Source of the DNA: Lophium mytilinum
Lineage: Eukaryota
DNA: 64,000 bases
Direction: 5' to 3'
Assembly (NCBI GenBank): GCA_010093605.1
Contig: MU004201.1
Coordinates: forward strand, 248,001-312,000
Part shown: one piece after another, positions 12,167 through 25,781 of the stretch
How the letters are laid out: every line of letters begins with the position of its first letter
Position numbering within the stretch: the stretch's first letter is position 1
The notes under the pieces: model-generated
The model's database searches: none
The model's input: the letters and a program-made list of their open reading frames with translations, nothing else
What the model was told of the DNA's origin: nothing
Made by a program: the position numbers and the translations under genes

Positions 12167-12386
12167 TATCATGGCCGTAACGCGACTTCTATCGCGATAC
12201 GTTCCTAACACACGTAACGGCGTTACGTGCCCTCTAGCACGTGATCACCGTCACATAACCAGGCTTAGCGCCAGCCTCGCCTACCTCTTAGCCGGCGCTC
12301 CGCGCCCTCCTCTCTCCCTTATAGTTACTTCGTCTATATATACTAATATTAGGTCTTCTCTTACAATCTACTATTACACCGTAATA
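12167..12386 (+). repeat. 5' LTR of B
   Basis: Matches 20213-20432 and is homologous to the E LTRs. Confidence 0.95.
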
Positions 12387-12903
12387 CAAAGTAACTACCC
12401 TCCTAGCTTCTAGGAGTTTCCGGAAGCACTCTCTTTTTACCTACCTACCTACATCGGCGACCCTACAATCAACTAAATAGCTGTTTTGACAGGCCTAATT
12501 TTAATATATAAACCTAACAACCTCTACATTAACATAGAGAGACTTAGAAGGAGGTCCTATAACCTTATAGTAAGGACTCTATATACCCCGCCCACCGTGG
12601 TCGGCGCGTAGGCCCTATAAACCTGCTTGCTATTGCGCGCAACTAACTAATATAAGCGCAGTTACTTCCTAATAACGGAGCAAGGACTATATATACCCTA
12701 TTAGTAATAGGCCAGCGCGCAGGCCCTACACACCTGCTTGCTACTGTCGCGCGTAACTAACTAGTCTATGCGCAGTCATCCCATTTTTATTTACTAATTA
12801 AAGGCAGCCGCCAAGAACGGCACTAGCCGCCCTAGAAAGCACGCCTACTTCTAAGCTTTTACGGAGGACCTATACTCTCTACCTTACACTAACCTTTCCT
12901 TTT

Positions 12904-15438
12904 ATAGTCTACTAATGCTTACTAGCAAAGACATAAATAATACCCCCAAGACTAGCTATACTAAGCCGTGGCAGAAAAGCTCTAACTCTACGCGGTGCAG
13001 CTACACCCAGCGCGCAGCCTATAGGTTTGCCTCCCGGCGGCAAAGCCGATAAGCGTCTAGTTATTGCCACTCCTACCCTCCCTCCTAGCTTATAAGCCAC
13101 TTAATCTACTCTCGCGTCCGACTCTTAAGAAGCATACAAGCTTAATTGCCGAGAAAAGGAAGCCGCCTGCAAGATAGGCGGCAGAGGAGTATTACAACAC
13201 CAACTAACTGTAACCCCGGAAGCTCTCGCTGCGCGCGCTAAGAAATTTAGCAATCTAGGACTAGACGTTCACCTCCTACTAAATTAATTTAGTACTAATC
13301 TACCACGGAGCTAAGCCTAGCATGACCTTGCTAACTCTACGAAGTGGGACACTAACAACGACGCCTACGCATAAGAAGGCGAAGGCGAAGGCGAAGATAA
13401 AGAAGACTTTAAGTTATTTGCTAAAACGTCTACACCTCGTGCCGTCTAATTTACGGAACCCCTAGTTAACCTAACCACCCTATCCTCCTTCTAAATTCTA
13501 ATTACCGCGGAGGACTAGGTTATTACCTCTACCACCAATACTATTGCAATTCTAAATACCTACCCTACCTAAGAACAGCCCAATATGGCCAACGCAGGCG
13601 CTAGTTCCGCTGGAACCAGCGGCCAACCACCTAACCGTCGATAGTCCCTCCTCGTAGACAATAATGACGGCATAGTTTTTGTTATTAACCGAGCTAGTAA
13701 CGGCCAATCCATTAATATTACTATTAATAACGCAGAAGAGCTTTGCAATATAGCTTAAAATAAATACATTAGTATTTACGCCGCACTACTTAACTGCCGC
13801 TAAGAACTAGGCGAGTTGCACAAAGATGTTAGGAATATGGTAGTAGCTATTTAATAGAAAGATAACAAGATTGCACAACTTTAAGGATAATAAGGCGCAT
13901 AAGATAGTATTGCAATTACTAACCTTAAAGACCAAGCCGCTAAGCTCTATTGTTAAGTAGCTGAGATGCGTACTAACGCTAAGAACTTTACTAATAAACG
14001 CGACAGTCTTACCAAGCAGCTAGAAGATAAGCGCAAGAAAACTAACGCTTAGACTATCCTTAACGCTAAGCTCCATATTAAGGTTAAAGGCCTTACCACT
14101 AAAGTAGCTAAAGTTACTTTTTACCGCGACTGATACTAATAGCAGCGCGATACCTTTCGCGCTTAGGGCATAGAGTATAAAAAGAAGTACTAATAAGCTA
14201 TACAGCAATAACCCTAAGCGCGCTCTTAACAAGACAATGTAGCTAAGCGCGGTAACTATGGCTACCTGTCCGATGAAGGCGACAGCGACAATCCTCCCGA
14301 TTGCAATTATTTCGCCCAGCCCGACTTTTTATACAATCTAAACGCCTAACTTACGGCCAGCCTGCACCAGCTACATACTAAGTTCCGCGATCTATAGGAA
14401 TTTAAAGGACGAGACGACTAATCTAAATATAAATTATGGAAAGCGCACGCCTACGCTGTCTTCCGGAATAAACCTTAAGATTTCCGTAATGAGCAAGCTA
14501 AGCTTAAATACGTTAAATCTTACTATATTAGATTCGCTGAAAGCGTTGTACGCAACCGCACTTAATGGGACCGCCCTATAAGCAACAACTTTAAAATAAT
14601 TAAAGAAATGTTTAAAATAATGGACCTATATTTTATAATTAAGGATAAAGCTACGGCTATAAATAATAAGCTTTATAGCTAATAGGCATTTATAAACTAT
14701 AACAAGAAATGGCCCGTCTTCCTCCTCTAGTTCCAGGAAATGATATTAATGGACTCCGACAAGGAAATAGACTTTATTGATTAGAAAGGATAGCTTAAGC
14801 GCCTTATTACTCCTGAACTTAGGAGTTAGGTTTTTGGCGCTGCCAACAACTATACATCCTGGATAGAACTAGTTGCCGCTGTCAACCGCGCAGTGTCCTT
14901 TCTTGCCAGTAAACGCGAGCGCGCCCGCGAACAACGACGTACTAACGGCCCATTCTAGAATAATAGTAATGGATCCGCATACACTAATAAGCTATTTAGT
15001 AAGAAGTCTAATTATAGCTTCTAGGACTTTAACCGCAACCCTAAAGCGTATTTATTACGCCCTATTATAGATGACGGCTTACGCCGCTAAGACTGCAATG
15101 GCAATACCCGCCGCATTTATCTCCCTCCTGCGGTAACCGAAGTGCTTAATAAATAAGATAAAGATGTCTGCTATAACTGCCTTAAGACAGGACACCGCGC
15201 ATTAGACCGCAACCGTCCCTGCGTAAAGAACGCCCCTCCCTCTAAAGAGATAGTCCAATAACGCCTTACCCGCTTCTAGAAAGGGCTTAACCTAAAGCTC
15301 TCTGCAGTTTACTATATAGATAATTCCGCATCCAACATTAAGCTTAGTAACGCGCTAGCCGCCGTTAATAATAACAGTAGCAATAATAACGCCGCACGAG
15401 GAAACTCTTTAGACTTAGATAGTACGGATTTTCCCTAA
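12904..15438 (+). pseudogene. B gag (RIP-degraded); start approximate
   Basis: Long frame with RIP-type stops, homologous to E gag. Zinc knuckle CYNCLKTGHRALDRNRPC ~15170-15222. Ends at TAA after the slippery site. Confidence 0.8.
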
Positions 15439-18400
15439 GCTCTAACTACAGTTACGGTTAGAGTCTAGTAGGTATTTATCTGAGTGCATTAGTCGCCCGC
15501 ATTCGCGAACTAGAGCGACCACCCCCTAAGCCCGACGGACTCCGGCTCTCTGCCTGCGCTGTTGATTCCTCTAAGGAAGTCACGCAAGGAAAACAGCTTA
15601 ATTTTAAATGTAGAATTTACACTGCCACCTCCGGCGTTATTAATAGCAGGTACTTAACAGACATAGGCTGCTTATATATAGCTTTTATATTATAAACATT
15701 TGCAAAAGCCTATAAGCTTATAACAGTCCCCATTATAAAGCTAATACCACTGCGCCTTACTAACGGCCGGTTAACGCTTATAGTTACGCATAAGGCTTAG
15801 ATTACGCTGTTACTTGGAGCCTACATTAAATACCTATAGTGCTACGTTACTAACCTTTAGAGCTATAATGTTATCCTTGGCATGCCCTAGTTTAAACGCC
15901 ATAAGCCTAATTCTATATAGGGAGAGCACGCACTAGATTTTAACTCTAACTACTGCGCCAGCCACTATCTATATATAGACGGCTGTCGACGCGTCTAGAG
16001 TAACGGCCGCGACCAACATGTCGCCCGTAAAGGAAAGAAGCTATACAACAGTGCCCTATACAAAATTATTAACCGTTACCGCAAGCTTGGCCTCAACCTA
16101 GCTAAAGCTAACGACTTCCTCGCCGAATATTATAAGCTTACCCGCAAAGGCAAGGAAGACGCTATTATCCAACTATAAAACGAAGACTTTAACAAGCTTC
16201 GCCACCTTAACACTTAAGAGGATAAAGATGCTTATACTGTAGCTGACAATCCAGCTCTCTACGGACTTAATGAGCTGAATAACGCCCTAGCTTAGGAATA
16301 AGCTGCGTTTACATCTAATCTCTTTGCAATTAACCCCGCGAACTACAGGAAATTCTTTAACAAAATAAATAGACTACCCGTTACTAACAATAAGATTAAA
16401 CAGCTACTCCTAGATTAGCTCCACCACCTCTGCGACGCATGGGACCCACGAGCAGTAAATGTACTGCCCCCTTACTGCGAAATGGACCACGTAATTGATA
16501 TTAAGCCTAACAGTAAACCACTAGCACGGAAGGTCTACGGTCTCTTATAAGATTAAGCCGCCGTAGTTAAAGTATTTGTTGATAAAATGCGATCTAAAGG
16601 CTTTATTCGGCCGAGCTTATCGTCCTTCGCCGCCCCAACCCTTATTATTAAGAAACCTGGTAGAGGCCTATATGTCTGCATAGACTATAGAGGACTAAAC
16701 AATATTATAATTAAGAGCCGCAACGTGCCGCCCTTAGTTAAGGATACGTTAGCCTTACTCGCTAAAGCTAGATACTACACTAAGCTAGATGTTATTAGCG
16801 CCTTTAACGCTCTACGCATTAAAGAAGGTAATAAACACAAAACAGCGTTCTTAATAAGATGGGGTCTATTTAAGTTTATGGTCCTGCCATTTAGCTTATG
16901 TAATGCACCTAGCTTATTTTAAGCGTATATTAATAATACACTACGCAAAGATCTTAACCGGTACTGCACAGCCTACATAGACGACGTGCTTATCTTTAGC
17001 AACAACCTAGAAGATTATAAGAAATACGTCATCTCTATAGTTATAAGACTTAAAGACGCTGGTCTCTTCCTTAATATTTACAAGTCCAAATTTATAGTCT
17101 AGGAAGTTAAGTATCTAGGCGTTATTATAGGTGTTAACGGCGTTCGCATAGACCCCTACAAGGTTCAAACAGTGCTTAATTAGCCTACACCTAGAAACCT
17201 TAAAGACGTTTAAGCCTTTCTAGGCTTCTATAACTTCTACCGTTACTTTATTGCCGGATATTCCAAGTTCGCCGCACCTCTCTCCACACTTATGTCCTCT
17301 GCCAAGAAGTTGTTTAAATTCCCTTAGAAAGACGACGGAGACAAGGCACGAGCATTTACCCGGATTAAGGAATGCTTCCAAAACGCCCCTTAGCTAGCCT
17401 TATAGAATCCAAACTATAAAATATAGATTAAGTGCGATTCCTTAGATTATATAATAGCCGCAGTATTATTATAAGTCTAACTGGACGGCACCCTACGCCC
17501 TGTTGCCTTTATATTATAATGAATGACACCGCAGTAGATTAATTACGCCATCTACAATAAAGAACTACTTGCTATTGTTCTAGCATTTAAAGACTGGCGC
17601 CTAGAGCTCGCCGGCTAAGGCCAGGAATATAGTAGCCCCATTAACGTTATCTCTAATTATAAGAATCTTTAGACGTTTATAACAACTAAACAACTTAACC
17701 GTTGTTAAGCCTAATAGGCTAAGTTCTTAGTAGAATTCAACTTTAAAATTACATACAAGCCGGGAAAGCTTAACAATAAGCTAGATCTTCTTACTAGACG
17801 ACCCGGCGATGAGCCCTCTAAGGGTGACGCTTGCCACAAGTGTCAAGAATAAGTTATGCTTAAACCTACGAACTATAAACCTAATATGCACCACGCCGTT
17901 AACCTAGCCTACATACTTACTAAGAACGCCCTAGAATATATAGTAATAGACCTAGCCTCCATGCTTTACAACCTTAGTAAATTTAATTACCCTAATTACA
18001 CTAACGAACTTTAACTCGCAGTTACGCGTACTAGACGAACGCGATTACGACTAGAGCCCCCAGATGAGATAAAGGATTCTGGGACTACCTCTGCAGTAAG
18101 AGATAAGATAAAGGATTCTTATACTAATAATAGACTAGCTTCTAATGCCAAGCTATATAACGCATTAAAGCCAGTCCTAACTAGTAATTAAATCCTCTAA
18201 CGAGTAAAGAAAGCCTCTTGAGCCAATCCTGTCGTATAAGCAGTTAAGTATGCTAAATAATGTAATAAACGGCGACTACTAGCTTAATTCTACCGCGACC
18301 ACTATTTACGAATTAAGCTTAGTGATTGCAATGTAATTAATAATTTTCTCTACGTTCGGAAGAAGCTCTATATACTAGCAGTGCCGAAACTATGCACCGT

Positions 18401-19820
18401 AATTATCCGATCCATGCACGAACCTAAACCAGCTAGTTACGCTAGAATAACTTCTATGTATGCTAGGCTTAGTGACCACTACTACTAGCCTCTTATAACC
18501 TCCGACGTTAATTAGTATATAGGCGCTTGCATGACCTGTCGCCGCTTAAAGCACTCTAGAGAAGGCAAACAAGGCCTTCTTCGCCTACTGCCAATCCCAC
18601 ATTACTACTGGCATGACATCTCGGTTAATTTTATTGGACCGCTGCCCATCTATAAACGGTGGGGCCGGCAATACAAGCATATTATAGTTGTAGTTGATTA
18701 ACTATTAAAGAAGAGGAAGTTCATCCTACTTAATTCTACGGAAGTCGAGCTAGTCGTCTAAGCATTTATTAAATGGGTCTGGTGTAAGGAAGGCTATCTA
18801 TATACTATAGTATCCGATTAAGGAGCACAGTTTGTATTACACTTCTAGAAACGCCTCTGCGCCCGTATTAGCACGTCGCTAAAGCTCTTATCATTATTTT
18901 ACCCAGAAACGGACGGCTAAACCGAAATCGCAAACATGGCTTTAAAATAATACCTGTAAGCCTACATTAATTATAAATAGGATAATTAAGTAGACCTCCT
19001 GCCTATAGCCGAGTTTAAAGCCAACTGCGATAAAACTATAACTAGTGTCTTACCTTTTATTGCAACTAAAGGCTACAACCCACGCTTAGGACTAGAACCC
19101 GCCAACGACAGTGTTAAGCCCAAAGGCCCTTAGAAATCGCTCCGCGAGAAAGCTGACGCCTTAGCCGAACGCATCGACAAACTATAACTGTTCTTACGAG
19201 ATAAGCTTATCTAGGTATAAGTACGTTAAGCTTACTATGCGAATTTAAAACGCAAACTAGCACTAGAGCTTAAAGTAGGGGATAAAGTTATACTTAACGC
19301 GCGTAATATTAAGACTTAACGCCTAAATAAGTTTTTAGACTATAAGCAACTAGGGCCATATAAGATTACACGCGTTATTAACAACTCCGCATACGAACTC
19401 GCTCTGCCCCGAACCTTAAAAGGACTATTTAACGTCTTCCATCCCTGGCTACTATATAGGATTACTCACGAGCCACTTAAAGGACAAACGTATAATGAAC
19501 CCGGCCCTGTTAAAGTTAATTAGGAAGGCTTCAAACAATGGGATGTAGATAATATTATTAACTCCCGCATTAATAAAGCAATAGTTGATCCTGCTATAGG
19601 CACTAAAGGCCTCTTGCAGTATAAAATCCGCTACACTGGTCACCCTAACTGGAACGCTAAACCTAAGTGAATATTATACAAAAGCACGTTTAATTGCCGC
19701 GATGTTGTGATAGACTACTATTATTAATACCCTAACGCTGCTGGACCTTACAAGTCTTTTAAGAAACCTAAGCACTAGAAACCCCTACTAGCTATAATTA
19801 TATTAAGACTACAGGAGTAG
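15426..19820 (+). pseudogene. B pol (PR-RT-RH-IN-chromodomain), in the -1 frame relative to gag
   Basis: Protease LTDIG (DTG) ~15655; [24 protein letters not shown] and YIDD 16974-16985; integrase HHCC ~18415-18540; chromodomain WDVDNIINSR...LQYKIRYTG ~19540-19740. Confidence 0.92.
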
Positions 19821-20212
19821 ACCTTAAGCTAGACGTTACTAAAGCCGACCAGCGCTAGCCAGCCGAGTAATTGCCAACTTCTCTAGTTGGAAGACGCTGA
19901 CCTAGCGGACTACTAGGTAATAGGTAATACAAAGGTTTGTAAGTTTAAAACTCCTATACTAATTTATATTACGCCCGCACGGCACCTATAGGTTACGACA
20001 CCCACGGCTTATAATACTAACGGCTTATAACACTATATAAAAAGACTAAAGGGTTATAGAGGATTATAGCAAGACTACACGATTAATGGAAAGACTGATT
20101 AAGGAGGGACTGATTAGGAAGGAGTACTTGCGTACGGCAAGTATAAAATGGAAAGGCTAAAGTATAATACTGGAAGGAGCTCTATATATAGTTCCTTTTA
20201 GAGGGGGGGTAG

Positions 20213-20432
20213 TATTATAGCTGTAACGCGACTTCTATCGCGATACGTTCCTAATATATGTAACGGCGTTACGTGCCCTCTAGCACGTGATTACCGTCAC
20301 ATGACCAGGCTTGGCGCCAGCCTCGCCTACCTCTCGGCCGGCGCTCCGCGCCCTCCTCTCTCTCTTGTAGTTACTTCGTCTGTATATACTAATATTAGGT
20401 CTTCTCTTATAATTTACTATTGCACTATAATA
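20213..20432 (+). repeat. 3' LTR of B
   Basis: Follows the PPT and is followed by TSD TTACT. Confidence 0.95.
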
Positions 20433-21195
20433 TTACTTAACTTCTATAGATATCTTAATATCGCGCATAGCTAGTTTATAGAGGTAGATAGGTACGTTAC
20501 TTATCTATATAGCTACAACCTAGAGGTACTTAGAATAGAGTAGAAAGTTCTTGCTAGTATTAGTAAGGTTAGCAGCGACGTATTAAGGTAAGTTGTTAAG
20601 CTAGTCTCCTTTAATAGCGGCCATGCGGCGTATAGTAAGGTAAGCTATAACGCCTATTCTCTATATAGAGTTTATAGAGTTAGAGGGTGTTAGAGTATAT
20701 TTATAGTTATATATAAAATCTAGTAGAGCTAACCCTTTAGTATAGGTAATAGCGCTATTAGTATTATCTATATAGTAATATTAATGTATATAGAAGATTC
20801 TATTATATTTATCTTTTGCAAAGCTAATCTTACTAGTAATCTAGTTAATAGCTAGGTTATAATGTTGGAACTAGCGGAGGCCTAGAATAATATTATAATT
20901 GCTAAGGTTAGTAGTATAAGCCTATTTACGGCTCTAGTAGCCTTAAATAGTAATAGGGATAAGAGCTTTATAAGTAATCTTTTTAGCAATAGTAGAGCTA
21001 TTAGCTAATTTAAGTATTTATAATTTAGGCAAGAAATAGGTAGGGAAGTTTATTTAGTGCGCATAAGCAGTATCTATAAATTTATTAGTTGCTCTAGTAT
21101 AGCTATAAAGGTATTCTTTAATTATATCTAGTAGTTAATCTTTATAGAAACGCTAGACCTTTACTAGTACTAGAAAGCTATAGAGGGTCTTTTTA

Positions 21196-23975
21196 TTAGT
21201 TTAACCCGCTTAAATATTATTACTAAGAGAGGCAGCTAAAATAACTAACCTTCTTAACTGTAACTATGTGGATTCTTTATTTTTATAGTATTAGACTGCT
21301 TAAGTAATAATACGCCCTAGATCGCGACTATAATCTAGAACTAAGTAATTCTTAAGTAGAGGTGGCTCTAGTTTTAGGGTTAGCTATATCCTATAAACGG
21401 TCCTCCCGCGCCTCTAGATAAGATAGAAGTATTAATACCTACTTTAGTAGAAGCTAGAGTAAATATAGGTAGTATATAGGTAGATAGAGTGTATATAGAT
21501 AGGGCGTATATAGATAGGGTGTATATAGACTAGGCTAGAGTTGTAATACTATTAGAATACGTGCTTGCGCTACGCAGGGCGAGTGTAGAGCGCTCTATTA
21601 GGCACTGCTAGTTAGTAGAGGTGTAGCTAATAAGTTAGTAGTAGAAGTAATAGTTCTTACTTATAAGCTAACGCTTTTAGTTATCTATAAGGCGGCCTAG
21701 GGCTAGGCGCTGCTAATTAGTAGGAACGTTAACGGGGAAGTTTGTAACTTTACGTGTCTATAGCGCAGATATATAGTAATTCTAGCTAAGCGCGTTTATT
21801 GTATTCTAGGCTTATCCTTAGCTTTACTTATTCTAGTAGCCTTAGTTCTAAGTATTCTAAGAGACCTAGTTCTAAGTAGCTTAGAACTAACCTATTAGGG
21901 TCTAGTTAGGGGGGTTCTATAGGCGGTTGCCGCGGTAGCTACCGCGGTAGCTGTTAGTCTAGGAGTTAGGCTATTAGTTGTTAGTCTAGAAGTTAGGCTA
22001 TTAGCCGTACTATCCGGGCTAGTTATTATATTATTAGCGTGGCTAGATATAGTCTACTAAGGCCTAATTAAGAAGCTAGTTGCGGTAAGTATTAATAACT
22101 TTATATCCTTCTTTATATTATTTTCCTAGGACGCCCGCAGGCTTAGTAATACCGGGGCGGATCTTTATCTTAAGCGCGGTAACATTCTAATAGTATTCTT
22201 GCTTTAGTAGTTATACTATAAGCGCTTAGTATTTTACGTAGAATATATTAAGGTTATTATTACCCTATATTAGTTAGTCGAGTTACTAGAAAGTAATAGC
22301 TTTAGGGTTATATAGTAGGTTCTTAATATTAAGGCGCTTAATAGCTTTATTAAGAGTATAAAAGAGCTAATAGCCTATTATCCGCGCTATATAGTTGCTA
22401 AGGAGTATGCTAGTAAAGTAGGTACTAAGAAAGTAGAGGCGGAAGCCTTTATTATAATATTATAGGTAGCTACTATAGATAAACTTACTAAGGACCTAGT
22501 AACGCTAGGTAATATACTTAGCTTTATCTCTATTATACTTAGGGGGGTGGTAGTATAGTCTTATCTCTATTTTAATTAGCATAGGTTCTACAGTTAATAT
22601 TATATAGAGGTAGTGGAGCACTATCTAGTTCTATATAAGGCGGCGTAGGCGGTTAAAGGGCGTAAATTAGATTACAGTTGCGGAAGTCCTTATTTTTATT
22701 ACTGTTGCTAGAATTAGAGGGGGGTCCGCCGCCGCCCCCGGTAGAGCGCATATAGTCCTATTAACTATAGAGGAGCTTATTAGGGCGGCGGGGTAGTAAG
22801 GGTTTATATTACTAGCGGTTGCAGCCGCGTAAATAATTACAGCTAGGTAGAATAGAAGGGCGACGTTCTAGCTTAGCGCCTCCTTTAGCTATAATATAGG
22901 CTATAAGCTCATGTTAACGGCTTATAGTAGCGGCGAGTTACGTAGTAATCTTATTAGGGGGAGGGCTCTTAGCGCGGGCTATAGGGCCGCGGATAGTAGG
23001 GCCTTAGATAGTAGTATTCTAGAGGCCGTTAATATAGACTTTAGTAGCGGTAAGAGCTTTCTTAATATTCTTAATATAGGCGTTAAGCTTAGTAATGCAC
23101 TTAGCTAAAGCTTTACTATAGGCCTTAAGCTCGGTAATACGCTTTATTACCATCGCGTTAATAGTATCTATCTAGGCGGTAAATGCTGCTATATTAGTAA
23201 CGTGTTTATATATAATTTTATTCTTAGAGTTCCTAGCGTAGATAGTATTATCTCTATCTTAGATAGCATTATCCCGGTTGTTAAAGGCCTAGTCCTAATC
23301 CTCTTTAGCTTTAATAATATCGGATTTGTGTTAGAATTTTATATTAGCGATGGCCTTTTCTAGTTACTTAATTATATTAGCTGCTGCGGCTATAAGACGC
23401 TTATTTTTTTATTTAATTATAGTACGGGCTTATATATTTAGTTTAGCCTATACCTCTATAGAGGCCTTATTATGCTCTAGGCGGTTACGTAGTTAATAGA
23501 TCTTAGCTTTATATAAATGGGTTAATTTAAAGGCTATTACCTTAACTTTAGTAATAACGTCTATAAAGGCTTTAGTGTTAGGAACCTTATATGTAATAGG
23601 GGCTTAATTAGCGTCTTACTTGTTAATAGCGGAGTAATTAACGAGTTTATCTACTTTAAGGATAGAAGTCTTAAAGGCGCCGGGCATCTTAGGGTAGTAG
23701 ATATAGCTACTAGCGTTAGGTTAGTCTACGTGTTCCTGAAGTTTATCTTTAAGGAAAGTATTATCTTTTGTAAGGTTATCTTTAGTATTATTCTAGTTAT
23801 AGCTGCGCGCGCTCTATAAGTTTCTAGTAATAGTCTAGAATTTCTTAGCAGTATTCTAGGAGTCTTAAGTTGAGGCCTAGGAATTTAAGGGTAGAATAGC
23901 GCGCTATAAGAGCAGGTTATAAAGCTTCTATATACTACTTATACTAAAGGGGTTAAAGTTATAGTTATCGGCTAT
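21196..23975 (-). pseudogene. D1 gag (RIP-degraded)
   Basis: Reverse-complement homolog of D2 gag. Lies between the LTR and the protease region (~20800-21190). Confidence 0.75.
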
Positions 23976-24075
23976 GTTAATAGCCGGCGGGGTAATAGTA
24001 AGGATGTTTTTATTATTTATAGGGTTGTAGGTTAAGGACTTAGTAGATTAGTAGCTAGGTAGAGCAACTTTATAG

Positions 24076-24277
24076 TATTATAGACTATAAAAGGCACGGC
24101 ACGGAGCATAGTATTAAATAAGGAACAGAGTGTATTTATAAAGATAAAGTCGCGTACAGGTAGAGATTCTACGCGGCGCAGGCTAAATACAGGCTAAAGG
24201 TGTAAAACCGCGCTAGCGCACGGGCTTATATAATGTAGCCGAGAGCATATAATATATGCGGAGCTAAATTAGTTATA
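24076..24277 (-). repeat. 5' LTR of D1 (~202 bp)
   Basis: Reverse-complement match to 51986-52187. Homology with D2 ends at 24277. Confidence 0.8.
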
Positions 24278-25781
24278 ATAGCTATATTATATATAGATTA
24301 GAAGAGGGGTAATAAAGTTAAGTATAATATCTATCTAGTAGTAGTTAGTAATAGGGAGAGGCTTAAGAAGGCTATACTTTCTAGTATAGATATGCTTTAT
24401 TATTTTATATATTATGCAGGCGCTAATATAGCGGTCTATATTATAGGTTATACCTAGCTAGAAGTAGAAACGGGTAATACGTGTATAGGTAGAAGTAGTA
24501 CCTCTATAGCTTATATATCTTAGATTATATATATATTAGATAGCTTTTATATAGAGGTTCTTATTAATAGGGATATATAGCTAGCCGCAAATATATATAA
24601 CGCTTCTAATAATCTTATAGTTATATAGCTTAAGGCGTAACTTATATTCTTTGTAGAGGGCGCGGGGTAATTAGCGTACTCTATTAGCTCTAGTATTAAT
24701 AATAGCTTAAGTAATTAGATTTATTTACTATTTAATCTAAATATCTTCTATAATAGCTTTACCCGTGTTAGAAGAGTCCTCTAATAACTTACCTCCTTCT
24801 ATCTAATGTCGCTAACGCTAAGTATCTAATGCTTTCCTAGCGCCGTCCGGTTTAGTAAGCTTAGCGTCTTAGCTATAGCCGTTGTCTCCTATATTCTTAG
24901 TAGTTATTAGATACTAAGTATACTTTATCTTTTAAATATCTTCTAACTTGCTAATTACGTATAAGGCTATTGCTAGCTTAATTATAGAAGTTGTAACTTT
25001 ATTACTAGTAAGAATCGCGGTAAGGTTAATAGCGTAGTCTATACCTAGTTCTAGATATTCTAATTTAAGTATAGTCTAGTAGTTAACCTTAAGATAATTA
25101 TTATAAAGGTCTTCTATAATATCTCCTAAATAACGCGTAAGGCTATTAGTAACTGTATTATCTTTACTAGCTTACTAAGAGAGCTTAAATTAAATTTAGA
25201 GGGGAACTCAGCCTAGTAAGCCTATTATTATTTAAGTTGCTTACTAGTTATAAAGTACTATAAGTTCTTATAGTTAGTAAATACTTTAAAACTAGTCTAT
25301 AGGCCTAATAGCTTAGGCTGCTATTCTTTAGAGGTATATATAATTACTAGTAGTTTCTTATTATAAATCTAGTAGTTAATTTACTAAAAAGTTATTTTAT
25401 GCAATATAAAGGTAATATAGTAGAGCTCGCTATTAGCTTAAATTTATAATAATATAGCTCTAGTAGCTCTATTACATGCATTAGCGTATATATAGGTTTC
25501 TAATATCGGGCTAAAGTAAGTAATAATAGGTGCGTTATAGAGAGCGTTTTTAATAGCTTAGAAATAGCGCTATTATATAGAGTTAGTAGGCTATAGAAAT
25601 ATAAAATAAACTTTAGAAGATATTAGTATTATTAACGGGCTAGATATATTAGAAAATAGGCTTATAAAGCGCCTATAGAAGTTATAGAACTTTAGAAAAG
25701 TTTTAATATTTTTTTAGTTTTTATAGAGTAGGCTATTTAAGAATAGTTTTAATTTTATCCGGGTCTATTTTAATTCTATTA
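24278..25781 (-). pseudogene. Gypsy pol fragment I (RT end, RNase H, integrase N-terminus); host of D1
   Basis: Minus-strand IDPDKIKTIL.*P...FL.FYNFYRRF, RNase H motifs, HHCC region and DIILNFITPL. Confidence 0.82.

Larger units (their letters stand above)
12167..20432 (+). mobile_element. Full-length Gypsy chromovirus B, nested in D1 pol
   Basis: 220-bp LTRs at 12167-12386 and 20213-20432. TSD TTACT at 12162-12166 and 20433-20437. PPT GAGGGGGGGTAG. Confidence 0.96.
9665..24277 (-). mobile_element. Gypsy element D1: 5' LTR, gag, PR, RT, RH and integrase N-terminus; interrupted by B and truncated at ~9665
   Basis: The minus-strand pol frame resumes on both sides of B. Homologous in inverted orientation to D2 (51986-64000). 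Confidence 0.88.
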
